Part shown: positions 50,702-60,590 of the stretch, piece after piece
Layout of the letters: each line of letters begins with the position of its first letter
Numbering within the stretch: the first letter of the stretch is position 1
Source of the DNA: Gloeobacterales cyanobacterium
GTDB taxonomy: Bacteria; Cyanobacteriota; Cyanobacteriia; Gloeobacterales; PMM-0068
DNA length: 64,000 nucleotides
Direction of reading: 5' to 3'
NCBI GenBank assembly: GCA_038245785.1
Contig: JBBRSB010000004.1
Location: 1-64,000, forward strand
Made by a program: the position numbers and the translations under genes
The notes under the pieces: model-generated
What the model saw: the letters and a program-made list of their open reading frames with translations, nothing else
Database searches by the model: none
Told to the model about the DNA's origin: nothing

Positions 50702-52021
50702 ATGTTCAACCGTAACCGTCAACGCCTCGCTCTAGGCTACATCGCAGTGATGACCACCATCCTAGTTTTATTCGGATGGGCTGTTTACGCGACGATGGAA
50801 AATGCTTTGATGCTCGGCATAGATACTTCCCTAAAAGATTTAGCACGGACCGTCCGCCAATCTATCCCCGTAGATCGTCCGCAAAGCGAGAAGCACTGGC
50901 TAGCACACATAGAAAGCTCTTCCTACATCACGGGGGATACGGCAACAGAGTTGGGCTATCAGGGCTATTACATCACGTGGTATGACCCTAAAAGAACCTT
51001 AGTTCGTTCTACTGCAACCTTTCAGGCTGGTTCATCACCCGAACGAGACCGCTATGAAACGGTGCTTAGCCCCCAAGGACAGCGCTTTCGCCAGTACACC
51101 GTACCGCTTGGTAGAGAAGGAGAACTCCTGGGCTATCTGAAATATGAAGGTGAAGTGCTTGGTTATTTGCGGATCAGCCGTTCGCTGCAAGATATTGAGG
51201 TTCCCTTGCAACGCTTGTTTTGGGTATTGGTCCTGGGAATTCCTGTAGCAGCGGGGGCCATCGGCTGGAGCGGATGGATTTTGGCTGGAGTTGCCATCCG
51301 TCCCATTCGCCAAGCCTATGATCGCTTGCAGCAGTTCACCGCCGATGCCAGTCATGAGCTACGGACTCCGATTGCAACTATTCAAACCAATGTCCAAGTG
51401 GCTTTGTCCGACTCAGAGGCCAATCCAGAAGATTATCGCCGCACCTTGGAAGTGGTAGAACGCATGGCCCAGCGCATGGGCCGGTTAGTAGCAGACCTAT
51501 TATTCCTGACCCGTGAGGACGGCAATGGAGAAAATCGGTCTCATACCAAAGTGGATGTGGGCCGCATCTTAGATGAAGTAGTAGAAGAGCAATGTTCAGT
51601 AGCTGCTGGTTTGGGGATTGCGCTGCATAGCAAGATCAACACCACGAGGTACGTACTTGGAGATGGAGATCAGTTGGCACGATTGTTCACGAATTTAGTG
51701 GGCAATGCCCTCCGCTATACCGCCCAGGGGGGAGAAGTTGTAGCAGCCTTGAAATCAGAAGGCCGAGATTGTGTCGTTACTATCAGTGATACGGGCATAG
51801 GCATTCCCTTAGAACACCAAGACAAAATCTTTGAACGTTTTTATCGAGTAGACCCGGCCCGGAGTCGCCGTTTAGGCGGCTTTGGTCTAGGACTGGCCAT
51901 TGCCAAAAAAATTGTGGAAGAACATCGAGGCACTTTGGCGGTCCAAAGCACGGAAGGCAAGGGAACTACTTTCATCGTCCATCTGCCCAACCTTAACCCC
52001 CAGGCGCCTCTGCGCAAGTAA
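50702..52021 (+). CDS. manS: Sensor histidine kinase, ManS-like
   Basis: Two TM helices, FTADASHELRTP, N/G1/F/G2 boxes; upstream of mntCAB. Confidence 0.7.
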   Translation: MFNRNRQRLALGYIAVMTTILVLFGWAVYATMENALMLGIDTSLKDLARTVRQSIPVDRPQSEKHWLAHIESSSYITGDTATELGYQGYYITWYDPKRTLVRSTATFQAGSSPERDRYETVLSPQGQRFRQYTVPLGREGELLGYLKYEGEVLGYLRISRSLQDIEVPLQRLFWVLVLGIPVAAGAIGWSGWILAGVAIRPIRQAYDRLQQFTADASHELRTPIATIQTNVQVALSDSEANPEDYRRTLEVVERMAQRMGRLVADLLFLTREDGNGENRSHTKVDVGRILDEVVEEQCSVAAGLGIALHSKINTTRYVLGDGDQLARLFTNLVGNALRYTAQGGEVVAALKSEGRDCVVTISDTGIGIPLEHQDKIFERFYRVDPARSRRLGGFGLGLAIAKKIVEEHRGTLAVQSTEGKGTTFIVHLPNLNPQAPLRK

Positions 52022-52159
52022 AGGAAGAGAAAAGAACAGTAGAGATTCCTCAATCTGGTCTATGTCGGTGCCCAGAGAAAATGCTTCGGGACAAACTTTT
52101 ACGAATAAATATTAAGCAATTCTACATGTTGCTTCTTTATATTCGAGATGCTATACATA

Positions 52160-52178
52160 TTTTCATATTCTTTTCACA
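52160..52178 (-). promoter_or_regulatory. ManR binding direct repeat
   Basis: Reverse complement TGTGAAAAGAATATGAAAA closely matches the cyanobacterial ManR box (TATGAAAAGAATATGAGAA, recalled from literature). Confidence 0.75.
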
Positions 52179-52234
52179 ATTCCGCGAAATTGGTTAAGAC
52201 ATTGCAGCCGTCGTTTTGCTTCAAGGAGCCTGGC

Positions 52235-53284
52235 ATGTTTATCCCCAAAAGACTTCTACCCAACTTGGCTCCATGGCTGATCGTAGTTTTAGGCTTAGCC
52301 CTGACAGCCTGCGGCGGAGGTAGCAGTATGGAAAAGGGCAGTATAGAAGGGGGTAATAATAATGCGGTCGGTCTTCTAGATGCTCAGGCTGAAGAATTTC
52401 TCAATAGCCCTAAACCAAAGATTGCCGCGACTTCTACCATGATTGCCGATATGACCCGTGTTGTCGCTGGAGACGATTTCGCGGTCTTCAGCATTCTCAA
52501 ACCTGGGACAGACCCACACGTTTATGAGCCCAAGCCTGGAGATTCTCGCGTACTTTCCAAAGCGGATGTGATTTTCTATAACGGGTTCAACCTGGAACCA
52601 CAGCTGGTCAAAGTGATCAAAGCCACCCAGAGTTCGGCTCCTCAGATTCCCGTGGCGGAGGCAGGAGGAGTCAAGCCCTACAAAATGGAAAAAGCTGCAG
52701 GCTTGGTGGTAGCGGACCCTCATGCTTGGGGCTCTGCAGCGAATGGCCTGCTCTACGTGAATGCGATCACAAAAGCGCTGAATGAAAAGTATCCCGATAA
52801 AAAAGCCATTTTTGACAAAAATGCAGCAGCGTACCGCACAGAGCTGACAGCTTTAGATAGCTGGATCAAAGCTCAGATAGCCACTATTCCTGTCCAGACC
52901 CGCAAGTTGGTTAGTTCTCACGATGCTTTTCAGTACTACGGTCGAGCCTATGGTCTTCCTGTGGTGGGTTCGATTTTAGGGGTGTCTACCGAAGAAGAGC
53001 CAAGTGCCCAGAAGATTGCCAAGCTCGTTGAAAAAGTGAAAAAGGAGCAGGTTGGCTCTGTCTTCATTGAGACTTCCACTTCGCCCAAACTTTTAGAATC
53101 TTTAGCGCGGGATGCTGGGGTAAAAGTTGGTGGCACCCTTTACTCTGACTCCATCGGCATTGCAGGGAGTCCGGGAGACACCTACGTCAAAATGTTGGTG
53201 GCAAACACACGCACAATTGTAGAAGCGCTTGGCGGGAACTACACCGCTTTTATTCCTCCTCCTACGACTCAAGCCAGCAAGTAA
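52235..53284 (+). CDS. mntC: Mn ABC transporter substrate-binding lipoprotein
   Basis: Lipobox LTAC, DPHVYEP, DPHAW, HDAFQY, YSDS; AAGGAG RBS. Confidence 0.85.
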   Translation: MFIPKRLLPNLAPWLIVVLGLALTACGGGSSMEKGSIEGGNNNAVGLLDAQAEEFLNSPKPKIAATSTMIADMTRVVAGDDFAVFSILKPGTDPHVYEPKPGDSRVLSKADVIFYNGFNLEPQLVKVIKATQSSAPQIPVAEAGGVKPYKMEKAAGLVVADPHAWGSAANGLLYVNAITKALNEKYPDKKAIFDKNAAAYRTELTALDSWIKAQIATIPVQTRKLVSSHDAFQYYGRAYGLPVVGSILGVSTEEEPSAQKIAKLVEKVKKEQVGSVFIETSTSPKLLESLARDAGVKVGGTLYSDSIGIAGSPGDTYVKMLVANTRTIVEALGGNYTAFIPPPTTQASK

Positions 53285-53316
53285 CTCAATAGCTATCCAT
53301 CAAACAGGAGAATTCC

Positions 53317-54060
53317 ATGCTGTCTGTTGAGAATCTTAGTGTCCGCTATCGTCAAAATCTAGCCCTAGAGCAATCGAGCCTCAAGGTTCAGCCCCAAAGA
53401 ATTGTAGGCATCATCGGACCGAATGGGGCCGGAAAATCTACCTTCATCAAGGCCGTTCTGGACTTGATTTCCCATACAGGCACCGTGACCTACAACGACA
53501 GACCCCTCAAGGGGCAGATGAAACGGGTGGCCTATGTCCCGCAACGGACTGCGGTGGATTGGGATTATCCAGCCACCGTGGAAGATGTGGTGATGATGGG
53601 ACGCTGCATCCATATTGGTTGGTTGCGGTGGGCTTCGGCACAAGACCGAGCAATTGTTCGTGAATCTTTAGCGCGGGTAGGAATGGAGTCTTTTGCAGAG
53701 CGTCAAATCGGGGAACTCTCTGGAGGTCAGCAACAACGGGTTTTTATTGCCCGTGCCCTTGCTCAAAAGGCAGATTTACTATTTTTTGATGAACCTTTCG
53801 TGGGCGTAGACCAAACGAGCGAAGCGATTATTTTTCAGATTTTTGAAGAGTTACGCAATGAAAATAAAACGCTCATGGTGGTCAATCATGACCTTGGAGA
53901 AGCAGTCAGCCACTACGATGACATCTTGTTATTGAAAAACCGAATCATAGCCTTTGGTCCACGAGAAACAGTTTTTAATGATCAGAATTTAGCCCTAGCC
54001 TATGGTGGCAAGTTAAGTCGTTTTGTCGATAGCGATGGTTCCACCGTTGTCCTCTCCTAG
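53317..54060 (+). CDS. mntA: Mn ABC transporter ATP-binding protein
   Basis: GPNGAGKST, YVPQR..VDWDYP, LSGGQQQR, DEPFVGVD. Confidence 0.85.
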   Translation: MLSVENLSVRYRQNLALEQSSLKVQPQRIVGIIGPNGAGKSTFIKAVLDLISHTGTVTYNDRPLKGQMKRVAYVPQRTAVDWDYPATVEDVVMMGRCIHIGWLRWASAQDRAIVRESLARVGMESFAERQIGELSGGQQQRVFIARALAQKADLLFFDEPFVGVDQTSEAIIFQIFEELRNENKTLMVVNHDLGEAVSHYDDILLLKNRIIAFGPRETVFNDQNLALAYGGKLSRFVDSDGSTVVLS

Positions 54061-54079
54061 CTCAATAAGTAGGTATCTC

Positions 54080-54982
54080 ATGAATCTAGTCCAACTATTA
54101 GTTGATCCTTTACAGTATGGCTTCATGCAGCGAGCCTTGATTTCTGCTCTCTTAGTAGGGACGATCTGCGCGATTACAGGAAGCTATTTGATCGTTCGTC
54201 GCTTATCTATGTTAGGAGATGCAGTCAGTAGAGCCGTGATGCCTGGGTTGGCCATTGCTTTTCTATTGGGAGCCAACATATTCTTTGGGGCATTCATTGC
54301 TGGCGTGGTCGCCACGGGATTGATTGGTGCCATTCATACTAATTCTAAAATCAAAGAAGATACAGCTATGGGAATTGTGTTTTCCAGCTTTTTCTCTTTT
54401 GGTATTATCCTAATCACTAAGATTCAAAAAGACAACAAGATAGACCTAAATCACTTTTTATTCGGAAATATTTTAGGGGTATCGGAGTCGGACTTAATTA
54501 CAACTTTGGTGATTTCTGTAATCGTCATCGCTACTATCTGCTTAATCTACAAAGAACTTTTATTTCATAGTTTTGACCCTCTTGGCGCAAAATCAGTTGG
54601 CTTGCCAGTTCAGGCTCTCAATCTGATAGTCATGAGTTTGATTGCAGCGACGATTGTGGCTTCTATGCAGTCCGTGGGCGTGATTCTTGTTATCGCCTTG
54701 ATGCTTGGCCCTGGGTCCACTGCCTTTCTGCTAACCAAAAAATTGAAGACGATGATGTTATTATCCGTCGCTGTGGGAGCAGTATCCAGTACGGTGGGTT
54801 TATACCTAAGCTACTATCTCGATATTTCTTCTGGTCCGGCGGTGGTTATGGTCTCTACCGTATTTTTCATCCTCTCTTTCCTCTTCAGTCCCCGCCAGGG
54901 ATTACTCACCCATTTTCTACACAATGGTCAAGATGAGGCTTCAGTCTCGGGTAGTCTGGCTGAGGAAGTGTATAAACAGTAA
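54080..54982 (+). CDS. mntB: Mn ABC transporter permease
   Basis: FMQRAL, MLGDAVS, IKEDTAMG, LFGNILG, SFDP, VGVILV. Confidence 0.85.
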   Translation: MNLVQLLVDPLQYGFMQRALISALLVGTICAITGSYLIVRRLSMLGDAVSRAVMPGLAIAFLLGANIFFGAFIAGVVATGLIGAIHTNSKIKEDTAMGIVFSSFFSFGIILITKIQKDNKIDLNHFLFGNILGVSESDLITTLVISVIVIATICLIYKELLFHSFDPLGAKSVGLPVQALNLIVMSLIAATIVASMQSVGVILVIALMLGPGSTAFLLTKKLKTMMLLSVAVGAVSSTVGLYLSYYLDISSGPAVVMVSTVFFILSFLFSPRQGLLTHFLHNGQDEASVSGSLAEEVYKQ

Positions 54983-55052
54983 AGTGGTTATACTCGGAAT
55001 TGCAGAGTCCCTGTTTTGGAGTTTATTAGACTTATTGCAAGAGGGGTAGAGT

Positions 55053-55631
55053 ATGCAAGCACCCACCACAGCAGCATCCAACCTATCGTTAGAGGAGTTT
55101 CTGAAGCTACCAGAAACCGAACCTGCCAGCGAGTACCTAGACGGTCGGATTTACCAAAAACCTATGCCCCAAGGAAAACATAGTCGTCTCCAAACCCGTT
55201 TATCCGCAGCTATTAATGAGGGTCTTGAGCCGACCCGGATTGGATGCGCTTTTACGGAATTGCGCTGTACCTTTGGCAAGCGTTCCATCATTCCAGATAT
55301 TGCCGTTTTTGCGTGGAATAGAATCCCCATCAACGCTCAAGGGGAAGTTGAAAATATTTTTCCCATTCATCCTGATTGGACCATTGAAATACTCTCTCCA
55401 GACCAGCGCCCCATACGAGTTATCAATAACATTTTGTTCTGTCTTAACCAAGGGACTCAGTTGGGGTGGTTAATTGCTCCAGAGGAGAAAACTGTCATTA
55501 TTTTTCAACCTAATCAGCAACCTATTGCCAAAGAAGTGGATTCTGAGCCACTGCCTGTACTGGAATTACTCGGTGATTGGCAGCTAACCCTAGGTGATCT
55601 ATTCGCCTGGCTCAGTTTTGGCAAAAGTTAA
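55053..55631 (+). CDS. Uma2-family (DUF820) endonuclease
   Basis: LEEFLKLPE, PMPQGKHS, ELRCTF, PDIAVF, PDWTIEILSP. Confidence 0.92.
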   Translation: MQAPTTAASNLSLEEFLKLPETEPASEYLDGRIYQKPMPQGKHSRLQTRLSAAINEGLEPTRIGCAFTELRCTFGKRSIIPDIAVFAWNRIPINAQGEVENIFPIHPDWTIEILSPDQRPIRVINNILFCLNQGTQLGWLIAPEEKTVIIFQPNQQPIAKEVDSEPLPVLELLGDWQLTLGDLFAWLSFGKS

Positions 55632-55963
55632 TGCTCTTGGCTCACTAACGAGCTTCTGAGTTATTATTTTTTGCTCAATAGCATCAGCTTAGCTCGACCG
55701 CATTGAGATGAAAACATCTTCCTCAAAGTCACTTACTGTAGTTAGATAGATATCCCATTCGGGAAGAGGGATAAAAGGATAAGCGCACGCGTATAGAATA
55801 AAACTGCTTAAATGACTTATATCCTTTGGCTTTAGGGTAACCTATTCTTTGAATTCTCTTACTTAATGAGTTTAGCTCTATTGAACCGAGGGCTTAATGA
55901 AATGCCAAGGACGCTTTAATTTTCCTGGGAAGCAATCAGAATCATGGATTTGGACAGATTGGC

Positions 55964-58900
55964 ATGAATAAGGCAGATGAAAAGCGGGTTCAGGATTTTC
56001 TGAGTAAGTGGCTGGATTCGGAGGGTAATGAACGAGCAAATTACCAAACTTTTTTTGGCGATCTGTGCGTTGCTTTGGGGGTGGAGGGGCCATCGCCAAA
56101 GGGAAGCATGGTAGGGGACCCATACTGTTTTGACAAGGACATTAAGTTCTACACAGAGAAGTCTGAGACGACCCGCTTTGCTGACTTTTACAAGGAAGGT
56201 CACTTTTTAGTTGAGGCGAAGCAGGGCAGTAAAGATTCCAGTAAGGGGCACGGGAAGCGCGGCACTAAAACCTACCGAGACGCTATGCAGAGGGCGTTTA
56301 ACCAAGCAAAGTCCTATGCCTATAACCGGATGTTGCCGTCGCTGCCGCCGTTTTTGGTGACGTGCGATATTGGTTCCCATTTTGAAATCTGGGAGGGGTT
56401 TAGCGGAGAGTATGGCAGCTATGGGGCGCGGAGGCCAATCAATCTGAATGATCTGGCGCAGCCAGAGGTGTTTGATCGCTTTGTTGCAATCTTCACCGAT
56501 CCGCAGTCGCTGAACCCGGAGAAATATCGGGCGCGAGTGACGCGAGAGGTGGCGGCAGAGTTAGCAAAACTATCGCGGTGGCTGGAGGAGCAGGGGCGGG
56601 AACCCCATGAGACGGCCAATTTTTTGATGCGCTGCATTTTTACGATGTTTGCGGAGGATGTGGAACTACTGAAGGGGCAAGTATTTACGAAAGCATTGCG
56701 CGATCGCTGGATTCCCAATCCTCATACCTTCAAGGCTGAGATTGAAACACTCTGGCAAACGATGAACACGGGCGGCACGTTTGGGTTTGAGCGGATTTTG
56801 CGGTTCAATGGCAGCTTTTTTGAGGATGCGACGGCGTTTGAGTTGCCGAAGGCACAGCTTGAGGTGCTGTATGCGGCGGCGGCGAAGGATTGGAGTCAGG
56901 TGGAGCCTGCGATTTTTGGGACGTTGCTAGAGCGGGCTCTGGACAAAAAAGAGCGCAGTCGGTTAGGGGCGCACTATACACCACGCTCTTATGTGGAGCG
57001 CTTGGTGCGTCCGGTGGTGATGGAGCCGTTGCGTCAGCAGTGGGATGAGGTGGAACTGGAGCTGAAGCGGGTGCTGAAAACCTCAGAGGGGCAGGAGCCA
57101 ACGGCGGCACAGCGGAAGAAGGCGGAGCAGGAGATCCAGGACTTTTTGGTGCAGCTACGAAAGGTACGGATTTTAGACCCAGCCTGCGGGACAGGAAATT
57201 TCCTGTATGTGACGCTGGATCTGCTGAAGGGGCTGGAGCAGGAGGCAACAACCCGTTTGATCGATGTGGTAGGAACATACAGCTCAATGTGTTGGAACAG
57301 GTGAATCCATCGCAGTTTTTGGGAATTGAGATTAATCCACGGGCAGCAGCGATCGCAGAACTAGTTATCTGGATTGGGTATTTGCAGTGGTATTTCAAGC
57401 GCTATGGCAATTCGGCACCGCCGGAGCCTGTGTTGCAGGCGTTTGGCAATATTGAAAACCGAGATGCTGTGTTGGCCTATGACGGGATGGAGCCGGATGT
57501 GGACTCGAAGACGGGGGCAGTGCGGACGCGTTGGGGTGGGCGGATGATGCGTCATCCGGTGACAGGGGAGGAAGTGCCGGATCCGAGTGATCGGGTGGTG
57601 ATTTATAGATATTTGAATGCACGGGTAGCGGAGTGGCCTGAGGCAGATTACATAATTTCTAATCCGCCATTTGTAGGAAATCGCGATATGCGAATTCTAT
57701 TTGGTGATGGCTATGCTGAAATACTTCGGAAAATATATCAAGACGTTCCTGATACAGTTGATTATGTAATGTATTGGTGGCATAAAGCTGCAAGTTCTAT
57801 TAGAGATAAAAACATAAAGAGTTTTGGTCTTATTACCACAAAGACTATTGGACAGGTGCGTCAAAGAAAAGTCATTGATTTTCACATAAATCAGAAAAAT
57901 CCTATCAAACTATTCTTTGCAATACCAAACCATCCTTGGCCTAATGAGGGTGCAGATGTTCGAATTGCAATGACGGCAGTCTCATTAAGAGACGGTTTAG
58001 AATATCGATTTTCAAGAATAGGAAAAGTTGTTGTCGAGGATTTGGATGGCACTCCAGAAGAAATAGCAGAAAGCTTGCGAATAATTTTTGACAATGTGGG
58101 AATCATTACTAGCAATTTGAGAGGTGGTGTCTCTCTTGATGAGACATTGTCCTTAAAAGCCAATTCAGACTTATGTAGCGATGGAGTAAAACCTTATGGA
58201 TCAGGCTTCCTGATGTCTTCAGATGATTACGAAAAACTTAATGCCGAAAGTAGAAATTTAATCAGAAATTTCAAAAATGGAAGGGATATAAATCAAATTA
58301 GCAGAAATGTTCGGATTATTGACTGTTACGGAATAAATGAGAGTAAGCTTCGTGCTGATTATCCCGAAATTTATCAAATTCTTTTAGAAAGAGTTTTTCC
58401 TGAAAGAACCGTTCAAAGAGATAATAGAATCAAGAATAATTGGTGGCTATTTGAGAGAAGCAGGCCAGAATTGCGTGATGCTATTAAAGATTTAGATCGG
58501 TACATTATCACAGTCAAGACTTCTAAGCATAGGATTTTTATGTTCGAAAGTTGTACTGTACTTCCTGATCAGCAGATCGTTGCATTTGGAATAGATGACG
58601 CTTTTTACTTAGGACTACTTTCGGCAAATGTTCATGTGGTTTGGGCCATAGCTGCAGGAGGCAGATTAGGTATTGGAAATGATCCTCGTTATCTTCAATC
58701 TCGTTGCTTCGATCCTTTCCCATTCCCAGATCCCATGCCTGGGCAAAGGCAGAAAATTCGTGAATTGGGCGATCGCCTCGACTCCCATCGCAAACAAGTC
58801 CAGGCTACCTATCCCGACATCACTATCACCGGAATGTATAACCTGCTCGAAAAACTGCGTTCCGGTCAACCCTTTACCGATGCAGACCGCGACTACAACA

Positions 58901-59442
58901 ACAAAGCTCTCGTCAGCACCCTCAAACAAATCCACGACGACTTAGACCAAGCCGTTTTTGAAGCCTATGGCTGGCAAGACCTCTGGACAGACCAACAAGC
59001 AGGCAAACCCACCGAAGAAATCAACGAAACCATCCTCCAACGCCTCGTCGCCCTCAACGCAGAACGCGCCGCCGAAGAACGCAGCGGCCTCATCCGCTGG
59101 CTACGCCCCGAATACCAAGCCCCCGATCAGGCCAAACCCACCCAAACCACCCTAGAAGGCATCACCCCCGAAGAAGAAGTCATCATCGAACCCGTCGAAC
59201 AGCAAAAATGGCCCACCCAACCTAAAGCCCAACTCGCCGCCATCCGCGACCTACTCCTCACCACCAGCGGCGAATGGACAGTATTACAAATCGCCAGCCA
59301 ATTCACCGGACGGAATACCCAGAAAAAACTGGATGCAATTATTGAAAACTGCGATCGATTGGAATGGTTTGGCGTCCTTATCAGTCGGGAGGAAGAGGGC
59401 ATCACATATTGGCATTATGCTGAACTACAGCAAACAGCCTGA
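55964..59442 (+). pseudogene. MmeI-like type IIL restriction-modification enzyme split by one frameshift (ORFs 55964-57304 and 57289-59442)
   Basis: ADFYK..VEAKQ nuclease, FNGSFF, IFGTLLE, GAHYTP, ILDPACGTGNFL in the first ORF; FLGIEINP and SNPPF plus TRD in the second. The second frame reads QLNVLEQV across the junction near 57277. Confidence 0.85.
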
Positions 59443-59562
59443 AGTGGCTTTAGACCGTTTTTATAAAGCCTGCTTTTACACATGGAGCATCAATTAGTGC
59501 CGCTCTTCCCTCTTCAGGCCACGTCAAGGTTTTCCCACCCATTTTCTTCATAATGTATCTAT

Positions 59563-60465
59563 CTATTCTGATTTTTTCCAAAGCACTTGGTCACGCCAGT
59601 CAGTAGGAAACCCCATATTTTTACTGGGCAAAGAAGGGTGTTTCTCGATTAGGGAAGCAAGTCGATCAGCCCAGTGAGAATTACCTACAATTTCCTTTAA
59701 CAGTATCTGAACAACTACTGCCTGTGCATAAAATCTGTCATTCTCCTTTAAGTAAGTTCGGTAACTATTAGCAATAAGTGGTTTGATTGTAAACCTGCGA
59801 TTCCACAGCCTTGAATGATGTGCACAAAGATTTCTCAGATACGAAATCGTACGCAGCCAAGATCTCATGACTTTGTCGTCCAAATTAAATGTGCTAGCTA
59901 TTTCTTTCTGCTCTGGAAGATGAAGGAATTTATATATTTGTGACACTGTACCAAAAGATAGCACTTCAAAAATCATCCAACTCGGCGGCAACTCAGGGTA
60001 ACCATATGTTTCATAGTAGTGCCGAATAAATGGCTGCTGCGCAGTAGCCACTTTTTCATACCCAACTTCGCGTTTAACTATTCCCAAAAATTCATCATGC
60101 CTAAATTCAGCTTGAAACAAGTTTTTATCCATAAACCAATGAGGATTATGTTTTATGCTCAAAGTATCACTTACAACAGCACGAACTGCTATTTCGATAC
60201 GCTCAAGTGCATCCATAACTAGTAGACGCAGTTTGCGATCGAAGACGTATAAATCCAAAACGTTGTCAAATTTCGTGTAAGGCTTGAACCTCCGAGATGT
60301 AGTTCCATTTTGAAACGGTAAAGCATAGCCTGAAAGGCGATAATAGCCTATAAATCTGAGATAATACTTTGCTTTTTCTCTATCCTCTATAATTAGCCCG
60401 CTTGATAGGAGTAAGTCAACTTGTTGTTCAAGGTTGAGTGCTGGCTTATCAAAATTACTGGACAT
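59563..60465 (-). CDS. Abi-family (AbiD/AbiF, Abi_2) HEPN nuclease
   Basis: KPAL..EQQ, IGYYRLSGY, LYVFDRKLR..ERIEIA, PSW..EVLSFG, HEPN motif RNLCAH. Confidence 0.92.
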   Translation of the reverse strand: MSSNFDKPALNLEQQVDLLLSSGLIIEDREKAKYYLRFIGYYRLSGYALPFQNGTTSRRFKPYTKFDNVLDLYVFDRKLRLLVMDALERIEIAVRAVVSDTLSIKHNPHWFMDKNLFQAEFRHDEFLGIVKREVGYEKVATAQQPFIRHYYETYGYPELPPSWMIFEVLSFGTVSQIYKFLHLPEQKEIASTFNLDDKVMRSWLRTISYLRNLCAHHSRLWNRRFTIKPLIANSYRTYLKENDRFYAQAVVVQILLKEIVGNSHWADRLASLIEKHPSLPSKNMGFPTDWRDQVLWKKSE

Positions 60466-60467
60466 TC

Positions 60468-60515
60468 AAAAACCCACCTGGTGCGCTTGATACAGAGGCG
60501 TGGTGGGTGTTGTTA
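60468..60515 (-). ncRNA. abiF-type structured RNA (putative antitoxin) in the Abi leader
   Basis: Stem ACCCACC/GGTGGGT encloses ACGCCTCTGTATCAAGCGCACCA, followed by TTTT, just before the ATG; resembles the abiF RNA motif; strand inferred from the promoter. Confidence 0.65.
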
Positions 60516-60521
60516 ACTGTG

Positions 60522-60551
60522 ATCTTAGGGTTAACGGCATAACTTTGTCAA
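60522..60551 (-). promoter_or_regulatory. Sigma70 promoter for the RNA-abi unit
   Basis: TTGACA-18 nt-TAAGAT on the minus strand. Confidence 0.65.
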
Positions 60552-60590
60552 GACCACAAGTGCACATAAACATTATGTAAATATAGAAAT

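Noticed and set aside
52148..52234. N-terminal extension of mntC given by the ORF track
   Set aside because: Overlaps the ManR box; the ATG at 52235 has an RBS and a proper lipoprotein signal
57265..57304. Programmed frameshift or phase variation in the RM gene
   Set aside because: No slippery heptamer, homopolymer or short tandem repeat at the junction
56805..57622. Pro/Ser-rich minus-strand ORFs (197 and 75 aa)
   Set aside because: Shadow frames caused by the G-rich codon bias of the RM gene
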